Below are positions 1 to 12,100 of a stretch of DNA of 64,000 nt, piece by piece. Location of the stretch: NCBI GenBank assembly GCA_051294905.1, contig CM119378.1, positions 2,172,001-2,236,000 on the forward strand, given 5' to 3'. The position numbers were made by a program, and so were the translations under genes. Positions within the stretch are counted from its first letter, which is position 1; every line of letters starts with the position of its first letter. Below the pieces are notes generated by a model that ran no database searches, was not told where the DNA came from, and was given only the letters and a program-made list of their open reading frames with translations. This DNA is from Botryllus schlosseri. Taxonomy: Eukaryota.

Positions 1-441
1 TATAGACTCGTAAAATAGCCCATTAGTTTATCTGCCTTATTTACATGTTGTATTAATAAATTTTGTTCTCTCAAACGTTCTACTAAACTCATTTTGTAGG
101 ATTTGTGAAGAATTTGGCACTGTAGGGTAAATCCCGGCCTATTCTTGATATCACAATATATTTGTTCATATACAGATTGTCGTCATGCAGCGAGATTACT
201 TTGTCATAGTCTCTTTGAGATGCAGTGTAGGCCTATATTCATTATTTCAATGTAAATGATTCGAAGGCTGTAAAGTGGTGAAAAAGTAATCGCAATTATA
301 TGATATCTATTTGTATTTCGTTTATTAATTATTGCGTAATCTTTTACTAAATTCTAAATTGAAGACATTCACAAAGACTCTGCTAACTGGGACAAGTGGA
401 TCACATATTTTTGTTGACGAACCGAGTATACTATAAAAGCG

Positions 442-1020
442 ATGTTTTTGGTGGATTATTTTCGTGGATTTCTGCAGTATTTGGGCCTGCTCAACAAATC
501 AGGAAAGTTAATGTTCTTAGGGCTTGACAATGCCGGAAAAACCACTCTGCTTCACATGTTAAAAGATAATAAAATGAGCGTCCACGAGCCTACGTTGCAT
601 CCGACATCGGAACAACTGACGATGGGCAATATATCTTTCACGACGTACGATCTGGGAGGCCATTCTCAAGCGAGGAAAGTGTGGAAAGACTATTTTCCTG
701 CCGTGGATGGTATTGTGTTTCTCGTTGACGCTGCGGATCCAGAACGCATGAACGAAGCGAAAGTAGAACTTGACAGTTTGCTAACAGATGAGCAAGTCGC
801 AAACGCGCCTGTTCTTGTTCTCGGAAACAAAATCGACAGGCAGGATGCAGTAAGCGAACAAGCTCTTCGGGAGTTTTTCGGATTGCGTACAACTGGTAAA
901 GGTTCAGTTCCTTTGGATAGCCTTAACGGCGCGAGACCAGTCGAACTGTTTATGTGTTCCGTTCTCAAAAAGCAAGGATACGGCGAAGGTTTCCGATGGC
1001 TGAGTCAATACATTAATTAA
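442..1020 (+). CDS. SAR1: SAR1 small GTPase (COPII coat), intronless CDS, 192 aa
   Basis: Complete ORF with Sar1-type motifs: GLDNAGKTT (G1), [13 protein letters not shown] (G3), LGNKID (G4), MCSV (G5) and C-terminal [13 protein letters not shown]. Confidence 0.97.
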   Translation: MFLVDYFRGFLQYLGLLNKSGKLMFLGLDNAGKTTLLHMLKDNKMSVHEPTLHPTSEQLTMGNISFTTYDLGGHSQARKVWKDYFPAVDGIVFLVDAADPERMNEAKVELDSLLTDEQVANAPVLVLGNKIDRQDAVSEQALREFFGLRTTGKGSVPLDSLNGARPVELFMCSVLKKQGYGEGFRWLSQYIN

Positions 1021-3014
1021 AAAGGAAAAGCGGACATGCGTTGTACAGTCATGATACTATTGTCCGATTTACATTGACAGCATAGCAACCGCGTGTTCAA
1101 ATCATCAGAGATTCTTTCGCTGCTGTCTTGTGCAATCGCAATTCGAGTGGTTCCACCCTGACAGCTGGATAATTCTAATTAAAGTCAAATGACGGTAATC
1201 TAATTCTAATTTAATTTCTAGTTTTCGTGAAAATGCTACAGGAGAACAATAAAGCACGGAATGAGCCAAGCTTGCTGTACAGACATTCGTCATTCTCAGG
1301 AATGAACTATGATTTGATAGCCTATGAACTGAACTTTATTAAATAAACAAGTTATCACGAATACAATAATTCTAATCTAATTTGGAAAAATCTGTGTAGC
1401 TACATTTATAATCTAATTTCGAACAAAAAACTATCTATTATTCTACTTCTAGTCCAATTTGGAAATAACTATATAGCTATAATTCTAACTAATTTAGAAA
1501 GATGAAAATGGTCTAGTTGTCCAAGTGTGTTACCACGTTAGTGTTAAAAGTTGAACCTTAATTTTGTGTTTTGCATTATAATCTCTACATTGTTGCGTTC
1601 TCGCTACCCCGAAACAGTCTTCTGTATAACAGTTGGTTGTAAATTACGCAAATCGAAAGTTTACAGCAATGAATTGTTATCTTCGTAACTGATCTGTGAT
1701 TTGACATGGGCTTGCTATGCTGACGGTGTGAGTTGTTCTAATATTTTCTGAAATTATAGTGCATATATATCGAAAAACGCGTCGGAACTTTCATGTACAA
1801 TACTATTTAAAATATCTAGGGTAGGCTAATTATGATGAATTCTGGCACTGACTTGGACTGCGTGTAGTTAAATTTCTGAAATTCGGTATATGAAGTGCCA
1901 GTTACTGTGGGACGAATATTCTTTTGGTGTGTGTCGTGCTATCCAGCATTTGTTCTGATCTTGTGGTGGACAGTAGTGTAATTGCGTTGATGATGCTTAA
2001 TATGCACCAGTGGACATGTCCGCCAAGATCCCTATATGTCGTGTGTGGCAAGATGAAATTTGTGTAACATTTCCGGAAGTTATTTTCGTTCTAACCCAGC
2101 GTACGCGATTGAAACTAATATCAGTTTAATATTATGCTTGTTGGTATTGTTGAATGTTTATTTTGGAAAATGGCGTTTCCTCAATCATTTCTAATTGTTT
2201 GCGTCTGAATTTCTCTATATTCCGTGAATTTGGATAAATGTTACGTCAATATACTGGAGAGCTTCCTGTTAATGTAAAGACACGGCAAACATGAGTTACA
2301 ATATTTTGATCAAGATTTAAGGTTGCAGGAATTGTATCAAGTAATACCTTTCGTCAGTTAATGGTGGTATTTACTATGAGAAAAAGCATCCGCGCCCGTT
2401 TGAATTGAAAGATTTTTGTATTTTCGGAAACTCTATGATCTAAATCGTAATGTTGGAATTGGAATACTGTACGTGATTACATTCTCTGTCATGGCCTGCG
2501 TGTTATGCAAGCTTCGTCACTTCAGCAATGGTAAAGCAAGCATGTCTCCTGTTGAAGTCTTGACATTGTCTGGTTATCGAGTACAATTGTGAACTTGTGC
2601 ATTTGATTTATTGTGAAGTGCACGGCTAATCTGCTTTTAAATATGGACTTTATTGTACATGGGATAAATATTGCATATTGCTGTATGTGAATGTGAATTT
2701 TGATATCTTGATCGAAATGGGTCTTTTCTTGATATCAGAAAAATTTTGTTAAACAAATTGCTGATAAAGTGCATATTCTTGCAAGGAATTATTATTCAAT
2801 TAAATGGCTTATTATCTTCTCTGGTACGGATTAGTTGTGTGCTTTGGATATCTCTGTTTGCTCATTTGTTGCCGGATTCCGTAAATTTCTTCGAATATGG
2901 TCATGTGGTAATTTTTCTCTTACTGTATTTCCAGAGTAATCATCCCAGACGTAGTTTAATGTTAATAATCGACCTGACGAGCTCCTGACTGGGGATTTGC
3001 GACATACTTCAAGC

Positions 3015-3106
3015 ATGGCATCGTGGGGCGGGCATACTTTACCTGGTACTTTCTTCATACTGTTCGGTATCTACTATCTGATCAGCCACATATCAAGATA
3101 CCTCAA
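3015..3106 (+). CDS. TMEM45: TMEM45 alternative first coding exon 1a (MASWGGHTLPGTFFILFGIYYLISHISRYLK)
   Basis: 92-nt ATG-to-donor exon ending AA|gtaag. Same length and phase as exon 1b and in frame with exon 8566. Acceptor-like tract tttccag at ~2934 upstream. Confidence 0.8.
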
Positions 3107-3363
3107 GTAAGACGGCTGCTAAGTATTTGTAGAGTAGTCGTATATAGAAAAAAAAGAAAATAGTATGGAAACTATAACTTGGCCTATAACTCTCAGTCTC
3201 AGTGGCAATTAGAGTTTAATTTGAGGACTCGAAAAATTCGACTCGAGTCATTAGAAATGTCAACTCGATTCTGATTTGAGTACTGGAATCATTGTGCTAG
3301 CCCTACTTAACACCTCAGATGCAATGCTCAGTTTTAGAGCTTAGGCCATCAATGATTCGTAAG

Positions 3364-4160
3364 TAGGGAATTTTTTTACCTAAAAAACGGAAGATTTTGA
3401 CCTAAAAACTAAATTTTGACTGTTTTTTACCTTAAAAAAATTTGATTTTGACCAAAGTATGCAAATTAGGTGTTTTCCCACATAACGTTAGAATTATACT
3501 ACTTATCTTCATTTCTGGCTCGAACTGTCTTTCCTTACGAAGTAGTTCGGCCTGAAAAAACTTAGTGACTCATTAACTGACAAATTTTTTCATGAGAAAA
3601 TATGCAATGTAAAAAAAATATGAAATCTGGCCCTATGAAGAATTTCAGTAGGTATATCACGTATTGTAGTAGAAATAATTAAAATTTGTTGTCGTACAAC
3701 GAACGATACTTTCCTAAATTCTCGGGTAGAGAGTGTCTGTCCTCGCTAGGTAGCTTGCCAAGAATGGAGAAAGAACGTTCAACAGCAGCATTTGTTGGTT
3801 GACAACACTGAAATTGTGCGTACACTGCTAGTGACACACCGTGTTGCTTCATTCTGGCTATGGTGTCGACATCACAATTTTTCATCATATGCGTTTCTTG
3901 ATATAAGAACCACGCAATGCCCACGCAGTCTTGCTTCAGTTAGGATATTGCGGTACGTTGAGCATAACACCATGTCAACCTATTTGTTTTATTTGAATGT
4001 TTATGATTCACAATGAGCGGACAATTGGGCCGTCTACTACAGTAGGCCTATAAAGTAGGCTTCATGATGTAAAACGTCAAATGATAAGTGACAGTGCAAA
4101 ACCTATGATACAAACGAAATGCAGGTTGCAAAAATTTTTTGACATGTCAAAAACGCCCGA
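3364..4160 (-). mobile_element. Non-autonomous hAT-like element (TAGGG-type TIR) carrying a transposase C-terminal fragment
   Basis: Ends resemble the TAGGGCGATTTTTT TIR of the 58020-58848 copy. Internal minus-strand ORF 3679-3924 reads QCCQPTNAAVERSFSILGKL, a hAT C-terminal dimerisation-type motif. Confidence 0.7.
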
Positions 4161-4784
4161 TTCATAAGCAACTGATCTCTGTTGTCTCTCCGCTTCTGTT
4201 TTGAATCGTTTGCCTCTTCAATAAAGCAATTAGTAAAGAGTGTTATATCATAAGAAGAGAATACATAATGTCCATGTCTTTCTGTAAAATCTTCCCCTTA
4301 CAAACTTCTACAAGCAGCAAAAGCAGATCGAATGTTGAATAATTTGTACTTTACAAACATTTGACTTCCGCACCGTACAGATGTTGCTGAGGCATACTTA
4401 CATTACAATGGTACCATGTGATATATGTAAATATTTCATACGTGAATGATTGCATGAATATTTGATAGCTAACTAGAGTAGCGTAGTTACAAGAAAACAG
4501 TGGTCATGTGATTAAAACTGCTGTCTGTAGTCTTCTACCAATGGTTTTCCTTTTCCTGTAATTCATACCTTCCGTCTGCTGGTACTTCATATGTGTGTGC
4601 TTACTCTCTTGCGCACACTGTAGAGTGTAGACTGTAGACTGCTATGCAAGAGTAGTTCAGTTCTGTTCTGTTCACGAGGCTGTCCGAATGCAGGGAGGGT
4701 AATGGATTTTTGACCCTGGTATCTCAATCCATTTTCTCGATGCTCCATATGGTCAGTGATTGAACATGATTCATTTAACTTGTA

Positions 4785-4915
4785 TTGATAGAACTGTTGA
4801 TATGCAATGTTCTTTCCGATTTTCTACTAGTTGCTGACGATTACCCCTGACGAGTGCCTGTTGAAAATATCCGGGATTACTTCAATATGAAGTTCTGAGG
4901 CTCCCTCCAAGAAAC
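4785..4915 (+). repeat. Hammerhead-containing dispersed repeat, degenerate copy
   Basis: ttgctgacgattacccctgacgagtgcctgttgaaaatatccggg matches the family consensus with substitutions in the core. Confidence 0.75.
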
Positions 4916-6136
4916 TATATAACTTGTATTGAATGTGATTTACACCCCTATACGAAATAATATAACCATATAATGTCTTTCAGCTAACCTTCCACGCCAG
5001 GTTCGTCTATGATTCAGGCGGCCATGTATTCACACATGTTGTATGAATCATTGCAAAAGCATTAATGTCAGTCTGGTCACTGTAGCAATCTGTTCTGTTA
5101 GGGAGAGTTGTTGTGATTCAGTTCATCAACTGTAGGTTATAATGATAAGCGAAGGCTGCAGCAGGTGTAACTAGTGTGTGGACTTGGTAGCCAGAGTATA
5201 GTTAGGTGGTTATTACACTCTACTATCTTTTCATTGTATGGCAATCTTGTGGTGTTTTGATCTGATGAAACTGTTAACAATAAACCGAACTGACCGGGTT
5301 TATGATTACTGTTCTGATTATTATGATGCTAATGTGATTATGTCATTCTGATTTCGAAGTTTTCAATACTGACAAGGATATCTTTATTGCAGGAGTCGGT
5401 ATTTGTTGTTGTGAAATGCATTCCTGTAACGTATTGAGGTGGTCTATTTCAGGAAATAGGGTTACATGTAAGCACTGAATTGAAATTGCGGTTTTTGAAG
5501 ATTCAGTTTGCTAACAGGACTTACCATAGTACCAAGAAATGTGTATTATGGTTGTTGAAAATGAACTTTTTTTCCTGATTTCTGGGATTCACTGATTAAA
5601 TGGGTATGTTGCCTAAAAAACACTGCACACCAAAGTTAGCTCGATTCCTACTGGTAGATGTGATCACACAGGAGTTTGAAAATTTTTAATTTGATATCAA
5701 GAATGAAAAAAATGATTCAAATTTTACTGTCAATCCCATGAGATTTTTGAATTGTCTACAAAAACGATACAAAGCAAATTTGACGCAATTCCAAACAGTA
5801 AAGCGAAGTTAATTGATAATTCTAGTGTTAGCCTACTCACCGTCGAGGCTATTTTTTCGAGTCTAAAATTTTCAACTGCAATAACTTCCTTCCACTGGTT
5901 GGAAGTCAGCAAAAATTGCTAAGCATTGTTCTTTTAGACAACTTAACAATTTCAGGAGGTTAACAACTAAATTTGAAATTTTATCCTCATTTTTTATAAA
6001 TTGAATAATTTGATAAATTTGGTGTGCAGCATTTTTTTAGGAAACAACCCTAATGTGTATTCGTCACTATGAAAACAGCTCAAACTTCCTGATAGATAGT
6101 TTATTTTGTCGTTAATTTTCAATCATCCGACTCGCC

Positions 6137-9100
6137 ATGGGTAGCTATGGAGGGCATGTTCTGCCTGGGACGTTCTTTATAATATTTGGTGTCTGGTACT
6201 TGATAAGATTTTCGGCCGAATACTTCAAGTGAGTTGAAACTTGCAAGTAGCGCTGCATGCCGGGTGACATCGCCACCAATCAATCAATTAGTTCTCCGAA
6301 CTAATAAAATGGTTTTATTGCCTGTTGTAAAATCTTAGAATAACCTCGTAACTAAACTGGGTTCGTGTCAGTGTTTAATTCATCCTTCCATCTGAGTATT
6401 GCGTGCTTTGCCTGCTGGGTAGCATGGTTGTGGCTTTGGTGTGGCATGTGGCTTTGAATAGGTTGCTACCTCTCTTGGTGGTTCACCAATGGGAATTAGG
6501 ACGTTGTCTCGTTACAGTTATAGGCTATTGAGAAACCATGTTGATACTACCCATTAGCCAGTATCGATATATAGCATCATCATATACCTTTGTATTGTAC
6601 ATTGTTGATGATTTCATGTTGGGCCTATACCTGCTAAGGTGTTAATCCGCTGTGTGAATATGGATTGTGAATAGTGGCAGTCACAGTTCGTCAGTTAACC
6701 TTTATAGATGCTGCAGATCGATTAAGACTTCACAAACGATATATGATTCAATCCTTATTACTTAATTGCTGTGAAAATTAAAAAAAAAATTCGCCTTTGT
6801 CTGAGATCACATGCTAATCCTTACGTAGGCCATATTTAAATACGACTCTGTTGAATATTAATTACAAAATATCTATTATGTAACTCGGAAAGCGACATTG
6901 AATAGCGATTCAATGATGCAATTTACATGACTTAAACGGATTATGGGCATATATCAGCACTTGAAATCATGGACTTCTAACTTAATTCTGTCCAAAATTG
7001 CGAGTTCCAAAGCAACTCGAATATAAAATCATCGTTGAATTTGTAAGACTAAAATCCTACCTTGCTTAAACTTATACAAAGGCAAGATTTAGTGAATGGT
7101 TCAAGAATACTGGTCTGTCTGTCAATATTTATTTATGGACTTCGTTTACACAAGTTATCATCTTTAGATCGTTTTGGTGAAGTTGCCAGCAACCTTTGAT
7201 CTGGATTCAAGACATGGGTTAATTGTGCTAATAATGCGTCACTTATACTGGTTCGGCTATGTCAAAAAGTGTTTTGTAGAACTTGTACTTTACAAGAGGT
7301 CTTACAACTATGTACATGGTATGTCACGACAGGTTGCCAAATAATGCTGTAATATTTTCTTGATTGTTTTGGACCGCTTGTCCACCATCATTGTGGTGTA
7401 TTAGTGGATGAAATGGCATCAATTTGCTCTATTTAAAGTAATTCATTTCAACAAGTACCGTGTAAATCGACTCATAGTCCCAGAGGCAGGGATATAGGAT
7501 TGAATTTCTGAGTTTAATTGCATAATACTAATCAAATTTAAGTGTCATTATGACACTGTCATACATGCAAAATAGGCTAATTTTTCAGTATACAATCAAG
7601 ATACCGTATCTGTTGACGTTGTTAATGCTTATTTGATGTATTATGTGTAGCTATGTTGAGAAATATTTCAAATGTTCCTCAATATTCATCTATTACTCCT
7701 GGGTAAGAAAGGTTATGAGCTGGTCACCAGCTAGTCTACAATCAAATCTTACACGAGTAGTTCTGTTGGGTTAATATAGCTCTTAGTACTTCAATTGGAA
7801 TTGGAAGAACTACAATGTCATTATTGCTTTGGTATTAACACTGACATAAAGTTGATTAAAGTGGTCAATCCAGCCCTTATCAGTGGTGATGGTGATTCAT
7901 CTTAATACTTATATACAAACACTACGAAATGGACCTGAATAATTTGACATGTCGGGCTTGAAATTACAAATGTTACAACAAATGTTGTTCACCTAAATCA
8001 GAAGTAGGCCACAAGCATACAGGCGTAATCCTTATCCATTGCTAATAACTTTTCGTGATGTCATGCTTATTCATACTAACATTACATTATTATCTAACTG
8101 TGATGTGATGTGAGAATTAGAATGATGGCTACTGTTTTTCCACAACGGATTGTACTGAATTCGCAACAAACTTTGAAATTGAATGGCATTACAAATTAGA
8201 AAGGAATACGAAAATCGAGGTCACGACATTTCACTCTAATTAGTCTTATTAAACGACTAGAATTATACAAATGAATAGTATATTCATGTTGAAATGTTCT
8301 TTCCAACTCTATACTAGCTCCTGACGCTTACCCCTGGCGAGTGTCAGCCGGAAATATTTGGGGTCCTCTCGATATGAATATGCCATGCTATTGTATATTG
8401 AAGTTCTGTATCTCCAAGAAGCTCTTCGACTAGAATTATGTGATGGTCCAAGTCTACTGTAGGTGTCTGTATCTGTGTGTCGCATGGTCTTTGCACGACT
8501 CATCATTGACAACCATTTATTTTGTAATCGACGCTTGGGTTAACGTTTGCTGTTTTACTTTACAGGCACCGAAGCAAAAAAGACTTCAATTACTATGCAA
8601 CTTTCAAGTGCTGCGGCATCCCGTTCTCTGTGCACGTCATCGAGGGATGCGTGAAGATATTTTTCATATCCTGCGGTACGTTTTGACGTAGAGTTAGACC
8701 AGTTTGGCCAGATTGCCAAGTACCTTTTACTTGTGTTGTCATTTGCAAAATGTTCAGAGGTTTAAAGCTTGTCCGTTAAGTCGAGAAATAGAACACCAGA
8801 TTTTAATCTGGTATTAAATTTAGAACGATTTTTGACGTGATGTTCAGTTGACAGCGTGCTTTGATTTACATTCTACATGACAATGCTGTACTAAACAGTT
8901 TAAAAGTGGCATACAACTCATTTCGGGGCAGTAGGCTAGTAGGGTTTGGCACAATGGTTGAGTAGGCTGCTCGAATTTTAATCAAGTTAAATCTAATGAT
9001 ACTAGTTTAGTAAGGTCAAATTTTTTCTTCAAGTATTGAAGTTGCACTCTCCCTGCCACTGAGAGTTGATGTATCAACGTTGTTCCGATACTATTTTCCA

Positions 9101-12100
9101 CTGTGTAAGTCTGTAAACCTGGGTTGCTTGTATTGCAGCAGTACAATTTACTGAATTTAGCGACATGTAACAGTATGGTAGAATCTATTACTCCGCAAAG
9201 TCGCATTACTGTCAAAATTAACCCAGCACTCAAAATTAAGTTTGGTGACTTCACGGGACTTTGCCTTGCAGAAACTTCGATACGCAATACGAAAAATGAC
9301 AGCAGCAGCCAATGCTTCACATAAATTTCAAGTGTACAATTGAATGGTATATTCAGGGTTGCCATACCGTCCTTATTTCTAAGATTTGTCCTTATTTTGA
9401 AGCGCCACGTCTTAGAAAACTCGACTGTCCTTATTTCTAAGAAATGTCCTAATTTTCGACTTGCGTCCTTATTTTGTCGTATTTTCAACCACTACTGAAC
9501 TTCGATCGTTTTTCTCTGCATAATATTCTAAAATTATGCTTTTGCGTCGAGATTTTATGACATCATTCATAACTGAAAGGAACTCTCGTGACGTACACAC
9601 CACAAGATTTGATTTCCAAGTAGTGAGATAGCTAGGTTTGTGAGTGGTGATTTAGCAGTTTCGTCTGTACCAATAAGCTACCCCAGCGGACATCATTGTA
9701 GCAATAAATAGCGGGCCCAGATTCCTGCTGTTTGGTCTACAGCAGAATAAGCTCAAGCTGTGGGGAAGGCAGCATTTATTGCGTAGTGAAAAAAGGCGCA
9801 GTGCAGTCAACACGTTGGTTAAAAAGTAATAAATCATTAATAAATTTAACTAAATTATATAGCATTTGAGCATATAGATTTAGCTACTAGTAAGGCTAAA
9901 TTCTGAATCTGATTAGTTTAAATTAGTTTAAACGCTGGAAGGGCGAGTGTTTCGCACATTGCAACATCTGCAATTGTGACATTAACCTGGAGGCCATAGG
10001 AAAGACCGCTATTTCAACTCACATTCATACCCCAAGCCACAAGAAGTGTGTCATAATGATTAATTTGAGCCTGTCGCTGATTAATTTTTCAACAAGTCGA
10101 TCAGCAGCAACGACCACAGACTACTAGGCAGCAGCTGCAGAGGGTACCTGGGCATTCCATACTGTCAAAACCAGCGATCATTCCTTGCCAACCGATTGCA
10201 CATCACAAATGTTCAAAGCAATATTCCCCGATTCCAACATCGCAAATAAATTTTGTTCGGCCAGGACCAAGACTACAAGCATTATATCTGGAGTTCTTGC
10301 TCCATACGCTCAAAACATGATTTTGTCTGGACTTAGGGCTTTTTTCCATCTTGGTTTACGCCTCCAATCACAACGAAGTGAAGAAGTTTGGTTTATCACC
10401 TTATAGGGGGAGGAGTTCCAAGACCAACGTTTTTTTGGGGGAGGGGGGCTGACGAAGTGCTGTTTTGGCCCTGAGTAATGGTCAACCTAGACCTGAGCTG
10501 TCGTGAGATCCATGAAGAACTTTCTAATAACAAAGTTGCTGGAGCAGATTGTTCCTGACGAAAAGTATGGAATGTGATATGCCACGACTCATATAAATAC
10601 AATGTACAAAAACGCATTTTCATGCTAATCTAAATTTTCGACTGTCCTTATTTTTGGGTCGATGTCGATGGCAACCCTGGGTATATTGGTATATTCGTGT
10701 TGAAATGAACCCGAATATTTTCGGCTGACAGGGGTAGTCGTCGGCAACCAGTAGAGCATTCGACAGAGCATCGTATATCAACAATCGTATCACAAAATAT
10801 GACGTTAACTGCATGAAATTTTGAATAATCTGAGTGGAGAGAGCGCTTAAGCTCAATTTAGTACAGGCACTGCTTCTGTAGCCACAGGCTTGGTTGATAT
10901 ACTTTGTTAAAATTTGTCTGTAAGGCACGCAAATGAAAGTGTGTACAGCCTCTACCAACAACTTTACCCATTTACCCAACTTTTACAATACTTTTACCCA
11001 TCTTTTATCGTTTACTTAGACTAATGAAGGTTCTTCTTGCCGTTGGTTGTGTTCGCAAGGCAGACTGCGGTTATAGTCAAACTATCAAATGTTGTCTCGC
11101 CAATTTCCTTATCATCTTATCCGCGTCGTTTTATTGGATTTAAATTGTGCAGGTACTCTCGTGGAACTTTTCTATCCCGGCGCGCCGCAAGGCGCATTGC
11201 ACAGGGCCGACGGAAATTTCACGCATCCAATGAACTGGCAGCACGCCACGATGTACTTGTTCTTTGGTCTCAGCGGATGGTTCGATATCGTCTCGTATAT
11301 GGCCAGGGATGTCGTACCAAGAGGTGAGAGTATTTGCGACATGACGACTTGGACAAAGAGATAATTTTAGTGCTGGTAATCTAATTCTAGCCTGATTTGA
11401 GAAATGTTTCTATAGTTTGTTTTTGTGTTTCTTTCTAATTCGGATTCAAATTCAATTTCTAACTTCTTGCGAATTTAGTAATTCTAATGTAATTTTTAAA
11501 AAAACGTATAGCTATAATTCTAATTCTAATTTGGTTTGAAAAAGTGGAAAATTTTCTGGTAGTCCAACTCTAATGCAAACACATGTTCAAAGATAATCGT
11601 TCTTCAATTACCGATGCCAATTTTTAGGTCTCGACCGAATGGCAGCAGGACTGGCGCTCTTTGTGGAAGGCTACCTCTTTTACTTTCATTTAGACGGGAG
11701 GTCCATCATCGATTCACGCTGTCACGTACTCTTGGTAAGAACAAGTCTCGTTTGTTTGCAGAATTCTCGTTCGTAAGTGAGAGAGTTAGCCTGCTGCGTC
11801 CTCATTGGCAACAAAATGCATCGATTCGTTCCGGCTAACTCTAGTCACAACATAATGTTTGTTTGGTTTTGCTTTATAGCATCTAAATCAGGGGTTGCTA
11901 TTGCATTGCAATTGCACGATATTGGTCGATTATCCCTCGATGGCATGCTGTGGCCATCGCCAAAGCTGTTTCAGCTGGCGAGCAATAGTGATGTTGGTCA
12001 CATGAGAATAGCTTATAATTTTGATACCGAAATGAATTCCAGTATTTCAAAATGTCGTGTGTTGGTAATCCTTGATCTAAATCTACACATATAATATAAC

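Noticed and set aside
95..230. Possible terminal exons of an upstream gene (ttttgtag...gtaa, tacag...)
   Set aside because: Too short, with no recognisable peptide; cannot be supported at the window edge.
8982..9488. 168-aa minus-strand ORF
   Set aside because: It spans a hAT terminus and repeat sequence and has no recognisable domain; likely spurious.
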